From a virus (lineage: Duplodnaviria; Caudoviricetes), in the IMG/VR virus record IMGVR_UViG_3300021408_000005, positions 1 to 56,688 of that record: a stretch of 56,688 nucleotides of DNA; one strand, 5' to 3'. Made by a program: the position numbers and the translations under genes. Of the stretch, positions 7,177 through 15,690 are shown one piece after another; the stretch's first letter is position 1, and every line of letters begins with the position of its first letter. The notes under the pieces were generated by a model that was not told the DNA's origin, made no database searches, and was given only the letters and a program-made list of their open reading frames with translations.

Positions 7177-8298
7177 TTGTCCACTGCCCAGGAGGCACCG
7201 CAGCAACTGGTGACCATCCGCAACAGTGAGCGGACCACATGGCGTCGTTGCCGCCAGAAGTGGCATTGGTCGTACCGCAAGGGACTCGAGCCCAAGAAGG
7301 TTGGGACGGCTCTCACCTTCGGCAGCATGGCCCATAAGGCTCTCGAGCTGTGGTACCCGCCAGGCACTGAGCGTGGCATCCATCCTGCCGAGACCATGTC
7401 CGCACTGATCGACGAACACCACGAGCTGTTCAGTCAGTGGGACGAGGACGGCAACAAGGTGCCTGCCAGTGAGCTGGGACTGGCCATGATGAATGGCTAC
7501 GTGGACGAGTACGGGCTGGACAAGAAGATTGAGATCATCCACCCCGAAGAGCTGTTCCAGATCGACGTGTACGACCGCAAGGGACGGTACCTCTGCACGA
7601 TGGTTGGGCAGTTCGATGCACTGGGAATCAACCTGCGTACCGGCCGCATGATCATCCTCGAGCACAAGACCGCCAAGACCATTGAGCAGGTCCGCCTCAA
7701 CAGTCAGTACGGAGAGCAGGGGCTGTCGTACTGGTGGTCAGCGACGTTGTGGCTCCGGCACAAGGGCTTCCTGAAAGCCGACCAGTTCATTGACGGCATC
7801 CTGTACAACTTCCTCCGCAAGGGCCTGGCTGACGACCGAGCTAAGGACCCGATGGGCAGAGCGCTGAACAAGCCGGGGAAGGACGCTCTGAAAGCAGCGT
7901 GCGCCACAGCTGGGCTGCCCATAAGCGGCACCATGGAGGCACTGACGGACCGTCTGATGCTGGAAGGCGGCTTCTCCGAGATGGAGATAGCCGAGCTGGG
8001 CGAGGTGTCCAAGGTCCAACCGTCCCCGCTGTTCCATCGTCAAGAGGTGCCGCTCGACCCGGTCCACATGGACATGTTCTACAAGCGGTTGCAGCGGGAG
8101 TGCCGGGAGATCGTGCTGGCCAAGAACGGCCGGCTTGACATCTACAAGAACCCAACTCGTGATTGCGCTTGGGATTGCAGCTTCCGGGACGTGTGCGAGG
8201 TCCATGAGATGGGCCAGGACTTCAGCATGATGTTGGAGTTCGACTTCAAGAAATGGGACCCGTACCAGGATCACTATCTGGAACTGGAGAACGCCTGA
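7177..8298 (+). CDS. Cas4/RecB-like PD-(D/E)XK exonuclease with SAP-like insertion
   Basis: GQFDAL..ILEHKT, QxxxY, one N-terminal and three C-terminal Cys; TTG start after AGGAGA. Confidence 0.85.
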   Translation: MSTAQEAPQQLVTIRNSERTTWRRCRQKWHWSYRKGLEPKKVGTALTFGSMAHKALELWYPPGTERGIHPAETMSALIDEHHELFSQWDEDGNKVPASELGLAMMNGYVDEYGLDKKIEIIHPEELFQIDVYDRKGRYLCTMVGQFDALGINLRTGRMIILEHKTAKTIEQVRLNSQYGEQGLSYWWSATLWLRHKGFLKADQFIDGILYNFLRKGLADDRAKDPMGRALNKPGKDALKAACATAGLPISGTMEALTDRLMLEGGFSEMEIAELGEVSKVQPSPLFHRQEVPLDPVHMDMFYKRLQRECREIVLAKNGRLDIYKNPTRDCAWDCSFRDVCEVHEMGQDFSMMLEFDFKKWDPYQDHYLELENA

Positions 8299-8553
8299 AT
8301 GTCAGTTCATCTCATAGGGCCAGATGGTCGGCCTAAGTGCGAGGCAATGGTGCGTAGGGACGGCATGACGGACAGTGAGTTCTGGGAGGACGTCTTCCAT
8401 CCCGATGGGGTTCCTGACTTTGACATCCCAGAAGACGACCTTCCCGAGACGGCCCTGGGTTCTCCGTGCCCGGAGTGTGGGCAGGTCGGGGCTTGTTCAT
8501 ACGACGCCGAAGGGCGAGCAATGATCCACGTGGTTCAAGAGGATGACGGCTGA
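8299..8553 (+). CDS. Hypothetical protein (CPECG..C..H)
   Basis: ORF filling the gap between coupled genes. Confidence 0.6.
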   Translation: MSVHLIGPDGRPKCEAMVRRDGMTDSEFWEDVFHPDGVPDFDIPEDDLPETALGSPCPECGQVGACSYDAEGRAMIHVVQEDDG

Positions 8554-9341
8554 TGGCCCGCCCCACTTCTCTCCGCAGTCTCTCCGAGGGCGTCAAGACC
8601 AGCATCAACATGATGGTGTACGCCTATCCCGGAGTAGGTAAGACTCCTTTCTGGGGTACGGGCGGCAAAGAACTGGTGCTGATGGATAGCGACCACGGCA
8701 CAGAGTCAGCCATCGCAACGGGCAGTCAGTCGGACTCAGTCTCGGTCTATGACTACGCCGCACTTGACGAGGTCTACGACTACCTACGTCACGACGAACA
8801 CGAATATCGCTGGGTGTCATGGGACAGCCTGACGCTGTTCATGGATCGGTCGTTGATTGACGACATCACAGCCGACGCACATGCTGCCAACCCAAAGACG
8901 CAGTCTCCCTGGGTGCCGTCACGCCGGGAGTACATGATCCAGCAGTCACGGGTCAGCGAGGCCATCCGCAAGTTCTGTGGGCTGCCCATCCACTTCGGGG
9001 TCAGCTGCCACGTCACGACCGACGCTGACAACGAGGGCACGCTGATGTATGTGCCCTTGATACCAGGTCAGAAGGGAGAGCTCAGCACCAAGATCCGGGG
9101 CTACATGAACGTGGTGGGCTATCTGTCCACGACGCCCCGGGGCACGTTGCGGATGCTGACAAGAACCAGCAACAACTACTTCGCACGTGACAGGTTCGGG
9201 GCCTTGCACACCAACACGGCCAAGGGCCTGCGTTACCACATCGACAATCCAACTGTTCCCATGTTGGAGCAGATGATCAAGGAGAAGCTAGTTGGTCAAG
9301 ATCGTACTCAAGGCCGGCAAAGACGCCGTCGAGCAAGCTGA
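8553..9341 (+). CDS. AAA (Sak4/AAA_24-like) recombination ATPase
   Basis: AYPGVGKT Walker A, WDSLT Walker B; lies between the exonuclease and the SSB-like gene. Confidence 0.8.
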   Translation: MARPTSLRSLSEGVKTSINMMVYAYPGVGKTPFWGTGGKELVLMDSDHGTESAIATGSQSDSVSVYDYAALDEVYDYLRHDEHEYRWVSWDSLTLFMDRSLIDDITADAHAANPKTQSPWVPSRREYMIQQSRVSEAIRKFCGLPIHFGVSCHVTTDADNEGTLMYVPLIPGQKGELSTKIRGYMNVVGYLSTTPRGTLRMLTRTSNNYFARDRFGALHTNTAKGLRYHIDNPTVPMLEQMIKEKLVGQDRTQGRQRRRRAS

Positions 9342-10098
9342 GAAGTTCGGCGACTTCGAGAAGATCAAGCCGGGCACGTACCGCATGGTCGTCGCAGAGA
9401 TCAACGCCGGGCACAGCAAGGGTGACGACGGCAAGCCGGACAAGAAGCGTCCCCGCTTGGAGTTCGTACTCAAGCCCTTCTCCGAGGATCGAGAGGGCAA
9501 GGTCAAGTTCAAGGCCAACTACGGCCAGCTCTGGGACTACTGCCGTCTCGATGAAGACGTGCAGGAGGCCAAGCGTGCGCAGTGGGCCATCGCCCTGGGT
9601 GCCACGCCCAACCGCCAGGGCAACGTCAGCCTGAGCATCGAGAACGAGCCCGACAAGCCGGGCACGGACATCGGCAAGCACGTCATCGCCCGTGTCAAGG
9701 CTGGCGAGAACCAGGAAGGCGACTACAAGCCGGAGATCGCCAACGTCTGGCCGGTCAAGGCGGGCGCCGAAGGTGACGAGGCCTTCGATGAGGAAGGCGA
9801 AGACGACGCCGAAGAAGAGGACGAGGGCGAAGAGGAAGACAGCGCCAACCCGTTCGGCGACGAAGACGAGGCCGAAGACGACGAGCTGCTGACTGCCGAC
9901 AGCCTCGAAGCCATGGATCTCAAGGAGCTTGGCGGCATCGCTGGCGAGTTCGACCTGGACCCCAAGGAACACATCGTCCGCAACCGGGCCAAGAAGGTCG
10001 ACTCCGCCAAGACCAAGAAGGCTCTCATCGACGCCATCCTGGAAGCGCAGGGTGCCGAGCCGGACTTCGAAGAGGACAACAGCGAGGACCCCTTCTAG
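9292..10098 (+). CDS. ssDNA-binding-like protein (OB-fold, acidic linker, Rho-N/HeH-like tail)
   Basis: 'DFEKIKPGTY' start, acidic tract, EDPF C-terminus, gene context. Confidence 0.65.
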   Translation: MVKIVLKAGKDAVEQAEKFGDFEKIKPGTYRMVVAEINAGHSKGDDGKPDKKRPRLEFVLKPFSEDREGKVKFKANYGQLWDYCRLDEDVQEAKRAQWAIALGATPNRQGNVSLSIENEPDKPGTDIGKHVIARVKAGENQEGDYKPEIANVWPVKAGAEGDEAFDEEGEDDAEEEDEGEEEDSANPFGDEDEAEDDELLTADSLEAMDLKELGGIAGEFDLDPKEHIVRNRAKKVDSAKTKKALIDAILEAQGAEPDFEEDNSEDPF

Positions 10099-10111
10099 TC
10101 CGTTGGCCGTG

Positions 10112-10149
10112 GTGGGTCGGTAGCCTACGCTCTGGGCTGCCGACCTGCC
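10112..10149 (+). terminator. Hairpin after SSB-like gene
   Basis: ggtgggtcggtagcct / gggctgccgacctgcc stem with G-U pairs. Confidence 0.5.
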
Positions 10150-10167
10150 GCCTACTTAGGAGCCTTT

Positions 10168-10461
10168 ATGGACGATGAAGACACTTACGAAGCGTGGGAT
10201 ACAACCACCACGCACCTAGCCGCATATCTCGTTTACTGCGGCCACCAGCTCGAGGAAGTGGAGTGGGACGAGGACGCCGGTCCTGGCGGCACCGGTAAGT
10301 TCGTGTTCGAGAAGAACCTGAAGCTGCTCGAAGATGTTGCCAGGGAGGCATCCAACCGGGCACGTGTTGATCCAGGCAAGTTCAGCAGGTGCTACGGCCA
10401 GGTTCGTAATGTGATGCTGGATGCAAGGGCCAACGCTAGGCGCTTGAGCCAGACGGCATAG
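10168..10461 (+). CDS. Small DUF5659-like protein
   Basis: 'TTTTHLAAYLVYCGH' motif; AGGAG SD. Confidence 0.6.
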   Translation: MDDEDTYEAWDTTTTHLAAYLVYCGHQLEEVEWDEDAGPGGTGKFVFEKNLKLLEDVAREASNRARVDPGKFSRCYGQVRNVMLDARANARRLSQTA

Positions 10462-10464
10462 GTC

Positions 10465-13299
10465 ATGGCCTATGAGAAACTGAAGGATGCGCTCCGGCCC
10501 TATGTGACGGGTGGAGTAGGCTCCGATGGTGAACAACGTCTTCGATGCCCCAACCCGGACCACCCGGACCGGCAGGCCAGTGCGTCCATCAACTGGGACA
10601 AGAAGGTTTGGCACTGCATGGGGTGCGACAGCTCTGGGACGCTGCGTGCCTTAGCTGGGCTGCTACGGCGGAGCGGTGCGACCACGACCAACGGCAACGG
10701 CCAGCACGCCGAAGTCATCGACATCAAGACCAAGCGCAAGCGGACGACGTCGGGCGTCCCGACTGAGATTATAAGCGAGGACCAGATCTCTCGCTACATC
10801 AGGTTCCTGCGCAACGAACCAGAGTTGCTGCGCTACCTGACAGAAGATCGTGGACTGACACAGGACACCCTTGACACCTGGGAGATCGGCTACGACGCCA
10901 GGCGTCAGCGATACACGATACCGATCCGAGACCGCATGGGGACGCTGGTCAACATACGAAGGTACAGCAGAACCACGCAGCCGAAGATGAAGAACGCTGC
11001 CGGCCATGGGGACCCACCCCGCCTCTTCCCGCAGGACAACCTTCAGTCCGACACGGTCATAGTCTGCGAGGGAGAATGGGATGCCCTGCTGTCAACGCAG
11101 ATGGGGTTCCCGGCTGTCACCGGTACGCATGGAGTCAGCACCTGGCTTGGTTCCTGGAACAAGTTCTTTAGGAGGAAGACCGTCTATGTCTGCTTCGACA
11201 ACGACGACGAAGGGCGGCTCGGGGCGCTCCGTGTGGCCAAGGCGCTCGGGAGTGTGGCGAAGAGTGTTCGACTTGTTCGGCTTCCGGTTGAGCGTGACCA
11301 TGAGGATCTATCCGATTGGTGGATGGCGTATGGTGGTAGCGGCAAGCACTTCCAAGCACTTCTGGATGACAGCTCCACAATGGACGAAGGAGTTCAAGGG
11401 CTTCCGGGGGACCTGCCATCACCTACGCCAGTAGAAGTTCAGGTCATTGGGTCCATGGACTCACGAACCAACGGCAAGCCCTTGGTGATGACAGCCACGA
11501 TCACAGGTCGCAAGAACCCCACCTACAGCGTGCCGCATCAGGCGCATCTCACATGCACGCTGGACGCAGGCCCGAAGTGCAAGCACTGCCCTATGGCAGA
11601 GGAGCACGCCGGGTCCGTGACCATGACGGTACGGCCCGACAACGGCCCGATGATCGCACGCTTGATCGACCAGAACGAGACCCGTGTGCTGAACATACTG
11701 CGGGAGGAAGTGGGGGCGCCGAAGTGCAGTAGGTTTAGCTATGATGAAAAGAAGTCGGTAAGCCAGACGGTCGAGGAGCTCTTCGTAACTGGCAGCGTTG
11801 ACACCAGAAACGACAGCGAGGAAGCCGACTACACCCAGCGTCGTATCTACAACGTCGGGGCCTACGACACCAAGACAAACATGGTGGCCAGTGTTGTTGG
11901 CACCACGGTTCCCAGTCCGAAGGACCGGCGCAACGAGTTCTTCGCTTCGTCACTTGACGAGTCCATCACCAGCATTGACAGCTTCAAGGTGGACTCTGAC
12001 ACGGTCAAGCGGCTAAGAGTCTTCCAGCCCAAGGGCAAGCAGTCTCCACTTGACAAGTGTATGGAGATAGGAAAGGACTTAGGTGATAACGTCACTGGCA
12101 TTACTGGTCGGGACCGGATGCATGTTGCTATGGATCTGGCGTATCACAGTCTTCTTCACTTCCCACTAGATGGAAAGGTCATCACCCGGGGATGGATAGA
12201 GTTCCTTGTCGTTGGGGATACCAGAACTGGGAAGAGCGAGACTGCGCACGGGTTGGCTCAGCACTACGGTCTTGGGCATGTTATCGGTTGCGAGTCAGCC
12301 ACGTTCGCTGGGCTCGTTGGCGCAGTCAAGCAGGTATCGGAAACGTGGGTGATCCAGTGGGGCGAGATCACTATCAACGACCGCAGGTTGGTTATCTTGG
12401 ACGAGGTCTCGGGCCTGTCTCAAGACATCATCGGGCAGCTGAGCGACATCAGGAGCCGGGGCGTCGCACAGCTGACTAAGGCCGAGTCCCAGATGACCCG
12501 AGCTCGGTGCCGCATGATATGGGTAAGTAACGCCCGGCGTTCAAGGTCAAGCGAAGTGAACAAGATAGACGGTATAGACGTCATAGAGGATCTGATAGGC
12601 AATCCCGAGGACATCGCACGCTTCGACATAGCCATGAGCGTGGCCGGGGATGACGTTGACAACAAGACCATCAACACACCACATCGCCAGAAGGTCCCTC
12701 ACGTCTACACAGCCGAGCTGTGCCGTGAGCTGGTGTTGTGGGCGTGGTCACGTACCGCCAATGATGTGAAGTGGGACACAGACGCATACGAGGCCGTCTT
12801 CAGGGCAGCTGAGTGGATGGGCAAGCGCTACGTAGACGTGCCCCCTCTTGTCCAGCGCACCAACGTTCGTGAGAAGATCGCACGTATAGCCGTGGCCTTT
12901 GCTGCCCGGACCTTCAGCACTACTGACGGTAACGACTTGGTGGTGAAGCTTGCACATGTAAGAGACGCAACCAACTTCATGGACAAGCTGTACAGCTATG
13001 AGAACTTTGGGTACTACCGGCTGAGCCAGCGCATCAAGCAGAACCGTAAGGTTGCTAGGAAGAACATCGGCAAAGTTAGGCTCTGGCTCCAAGAGAATCC
13101 TAAGCTGTTGGACTTCTTGCTCAACCGTCGTACCTCCTTCCGTGCGCAGGATATGAAGGAAATGATGGGGGTTGATGACAGCTATGTGCAGTACGTACTT
13201 GCGAGGCTGTCAGACGTCCGCATGATCGACAAGCAGATGGCTCAGATCGTAGTGACGCCTGAGCTCCACAAGTTACTAAGGGAGATGGAGAAGTCATGA
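10465..13299 (+). CDS. DNA primase (Zn-finger + TOPRIM) fused to an MCM-like AAA+ helicase
   Basis: CPNPDH..WHCMGC; CEGEWD, FDNDDEG, EDLSD; VGDTRTGKS, VILDE, RFD arginine finger. Confidence 0.85.
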   Translation: MAYEKLKDALRPYVTGGVGSDGEQRLRCPNPDHPDRQASASINWDKKVWHCMGCDSSGTLRALAGLLRRSGATTTNGNGQHAEVIDIKTKRKRTTSGVPTEIISEDQISRYIRFLRNEPELLRYLTEDRGLTQDTLDTWEIGYDARRQRYTIPIRDRMGTLVNIRRYSRTTQPKMKNAAGHGDPPRLFPQDNLQSDTVIVCEGEWDALLSTQMGFPAVTGTHGVSTWLGSWNKFFRRKTVYVCFDNDDEGRLGALRVAKALGSVAKSVRLVRLPVERDHEDLSDWWMAYGGSGKHFQALLDDSSTMDEGVQGLPGDLPSPTPVEVQVIGSMDSRTNGKPLVMTATITGRKNPTYSVPHQAHLTCTLDAGPKCKHCPMAEEHAGSVTMTVRPDNGPMIARLIDQNETRVLNILREEVGAPKCSRFSYDEKKSVSQTVEELFVTGSVDTRNDSEEADYTQRRIYNVGAYDTKTNMVASVVGTTVPSPKDRRNEFFASSLDESITSIDSFKVDSDTVKRLRVFQPKGKQSPLDKCMEIGKDLGDNVTGITGRDRMHVAMDLAYHSLLHFPLDGKVITRGWIEFLVVGDTRTGKSETAHGLAQHYGLGHVIGCESATFAGLVGAVKQVSETWVIQWGEITINDRRLVILDEVSGLSQDIIGQLSDIRSRGVAQLTKAESQMTRARCRMIWVSNARRSRSSEVNKIDGIDVIEDLIGNPEDIARFDIAMSVAGDDVDNKTINTPHRQKVPHVYTAELCRELVLWAWSRTANDVKWDTDAYEAVFRAAEWMGKRYVDVPPLVQRTNVREKIARIAVAFAARTFSTTDGNDLVVKLAHVRDATNFMDKLYSYENFGYYRLSQRIKQNRKVARKNIGKVRLWLQENPKLLDFLLNRRTSFRAQDMKEMMGVDDSYVQYVLARLSDVRMIDKQMAQIVVTPELHKLLREMEKS

Positions 13300-13460
13300 A
13301 CCCAGAAGACATGAAGGACAAGGTCTGTGATGTGTGCGAGGAGACCAAGCGCTTCGACAAGGTCCGCAAGATCTACAACGGAGAGGGCATCAGCTTGGTC
13401 TGCGAGACCTGCGCCGGTTCCGGTCGCATGAACGAGGTGCTCCATGCCGACAACGGATGA
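13296..13460 (+). CDS. Small zinc-finger protein
   Basis: ATGA-coupled 54-aa ORF with CDVC..CETC, translated by hand. Confidence 0.55.
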   Translation: MNPEDMKDKVCDVCEETKRFDKVRKIYNGEGISLVCETCAGSGRMNEVLHADNG

Positions 13461-14307
13461 GCCGACCGTAGCCATCCTGGGCTGTGGGCCTGCCGGGCTC
13501 ATGGCCGCTCACGCATGCGCCCTGTCCGGCGTCCGGCATGCCGTCTTCAGCAAGCCCCAGCACTCGGTTCTTGGGGGAGCGCAGTTCCTCCACTCGCCCA
13601 TCCCCGGCTTGACCGACCAGCTCCCTGAGGCAGTCGTCAACTACTGCGTCATTGGTGATGCCGCCACCTATCAGGCCAAGGCCTATGGGCAGGGGCATCA
13701 GCCGTCGTTCGTCAGCTTTGACAACGTCTCCAACCGATCGACCCAGCCTGCCTGGAACTTGGTCAGTGCCTACAGCAAGTTGTGGGATGCGTACGAGAAG
13801 ACAATCAACGACTTCACGGTCAAGGCCGAGCACCTGACCGATGGCACATTCGATCAGTTCGACCTGGTCATCAGCAGCATCCCGAGGCCGTTCCTGTGCA
13901 AGCAGCAGTCATCGTCTCCGGCAGATCAGATGCCCAACGGCCACGTGTTCAACTACCAGACCATCAAGATCATGCCGGGGCAGTGCTTCGTGCCCGATAG
14001 CTGGCATGGTGGGCCTTCAAACATGCACATCTTCTACAACGGCAGCCCCGGGCAGTCGTGGTACCGCTCGTGCAACCTGTGGGGCCATCGGTTCACTGAG
14101 TTCGGTGCGCACCTGTCGTTGCCTTACGACGGCATCAAGACTGCACGCAAGCCGCTGACCCATAACTGCGATTGCCATTCGGACAGCGACAAGTTGATGT
14201 TCGTCGGCAGGTACGGCAAGTGGCAGAAGGGCGTGCTGACCCATGGCGCCTTCCTCGATACCGTAGACATCTTGAACACGAGGGGGCTTGCCAAGAATGT
14301 TGTGTAG
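13444..14307 (+). CDS. FAD-dependent oxidoreductase (UDP-galactopyranose-mutase/amine-oxidase-like fold)
   Basis: VAILGCGPAGLMAA, GAQFLH, VISSIP, FVGRYGKW. Confidence 0.8.
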   Translation: MPTTDEPTVAILGCGPAGLMAAHACALSGVRHAVFSKPQHSVLGGAQFLHSPIPGLTDQLPEAVVNYCVIGDAATYQAKAYGQGHQPSFVSFDNVSNRSTQPAWNLVSAYSKLWDAYEKTINDFTVKAEHLTDGTFDQFDLVISSIPRPFLCKQQSSSPADQMPNGHVFNYQTIKIMPGQCFVPDSWHGGPSNMHIFYNGSPGQSWYRSCNLWGHRFTEFGAHLSLPYDGIKTARKPLTHNCDCHSDSDKLMFVGRYGKWQKGVLTHGAFLDTVDILNTRGLAKNVV

Positions 14308-14953
14308 CAATTGCTCACGACCAGTGCGTCCGGTCGTTGCGTTGGACATCGACGGCACGCTGGCCCAGTATCACAAGCAGTTCGTCACCTTCGCCGCCAC
14401 GTATCTCAACAGATACGACGAGCTGGTTCGCTGGCTGACCTACGACGGCGCCAAGGAAATGTCGGACTTCATGGAGTTGCCAAAGGAGACGTATCGGCAG
14501 ATCAAGCTGGCGTACCGGCAGGGGGGCAACAAGAGATGGATGGAGCCGTTCAAGGAGGCCGCTGGCTTCGTCATGCTGGTACGTGAGCTCGACGTGGAGC
14601 TGTGGATCACCACGACCCGGCCATGGCAGCGGCTGGACAACATCGACCCTGACACCCAGGAATGGCTGAGGCGCAACGCCATTCTTCATCACGGCTTGAT
14701 CTACGACGAGGACAAGTACCATAGGCTCGTTGAGATCGTGGGGCCTGACCGGGTCGTAGCCGTGCTGGAAGACGACTACGAGCAGTACCTCATAGCGGAG
14801 CGGCTGGGCCTCCACCCTATTCTCCGCAGGACGTCGTTCAACCGGCGTGTGCCGCTGCCGGGAAGGCCAGTGGAGGCCATGACCTTCGCCGATGCGTACG
14901 CATTGATCGAGCAGGCTGTCAACGCCTGGAAGAAGGAGAAGACAGATGCGTGA
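14297..14953 (+). CDS. HAD-family (5'-nucleotidase-like) phosphatase
   Basis: LDIDGTLA, ITTTRP, K, LEDD motifs. Confidence 0.8.
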   Translation: MLCSNCSRPVRPVVALDIDGTLAQYHKQFVTFAATYLNRYDELVRWLTYDGAKEMSDFMELPKETYRQIKLAYRQGGNKRWMEPFKEAAGFVMLVRELDVELWITTTRPWQRLDNIDPDTQEWLRRNAILHHGLIYDEDKYHRLVEIVGPDRVVAVLEDDYEQYLIAERLGLHPILRRTSFNRRVPLPGRPVEAMTFADAYALIEQAVNAWKKEKTDA

Positions 14954-15464
14954 GTTCGATTGCGAGGATGCCATCAATGGCCTGGGAGGACTGGGGTTCT
15001 CGGGCCGTGTGTCGGACAACCACGACCATCACGAACACATGAAGGTACTGGCCAAGGTGATGGCCGTGTACGTGGAGCGCAACGCCAAGTACCACAACAC
15101 CTGGGAGCAGTACGGAGCTCTGGCCCAGCTGGTCCGTGCTGCCCAGAAGGTCGACCGACTCATGGCCATGTGGTGGTTCGAGGAGTACCCGGGCTCGGAC
15201 CCCGAGGCCAGACCGAACCGTGTTCCCCTGACGGAAGAGGATCTGGACGACGCCGAGGACGCCATCAACCATCTGATCTTCTTCATGCGCTGCGCCAGGG
15301 CCGGCAACCTGTTCGGCAGCAAGCCCGATCGGCCGCACCCTCTCCAGAAGAAGGTTCTCTTTGATGTTGGGGAGGATCCTGGTATGCCGGAGGTCACCAG
15401 GCAGCTTCGTGAAGAGATCCCACGCACATTGTACTTCTGGGAGCCGCCCAGTGAGGGTAGCTAA
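14946..15464 (+). CDS. DUF1599/Nmad1-like all-helical nucleotide-modification-associated protein
   Basis: 'ERNAKYHNTW..G....KVDRL....DDAEDAINH' pattern. Confidence 0.6.
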   Translation: MREFDCEDAINGLGGLGFSGRVSDNHDHHEHMKVLAKVMAVYVERNAKYHNTWEQYGALAQLVRAAQKVDRLMAMWWFEEYPGSDPEARPNRVPLTEEDLDDAEDAINHLIFFMRCARAGNLFGSKPDRPHPLQKKVLFDVGEDPGMPEVTRQLREEIPRTLYFWEPPSEGS

Positions 15465-15690
15465 CCAGTTCTACTGGCAAGAGTTCGCTCGATGTAAAGG
15501 CTTAGGGCCTGACGTGTTCTATCTTGATAAGGGCGGAGACGTCAATAGGGCGAAGGGCATATGCTCAACCTGTCCGGTCCGTCAGGTGTGCTATGACTAT
15601 GCCCTGAACAATGAGAGGTTTGGGATATGGGGAGAGGCAAGTGCCAAGCAGCGCAAGCAGGCACGTAAGGAACTGAGAGAGGCGTCATAG
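15451..15690 (+). CDS. whiB: WhiB-family transcription factor
   Basis: W..ARC..AKGICSTCPVRQVC..GIWG. Confidence 0.9.
   Translation: MRVANQFYWQEFARCKGLGPDVFYLDKGGDVNRAKGICSTCPVRQVCYDYALNNERFGIWGEASAKQRKQARKELREAS

Noticed and set aside
7177-8298. CRISPR-Cas system suggested by the Cas4-like gene
   Set aside because: No repeat-spacer array or other cas genes were seen; the context is a phage recombination module.
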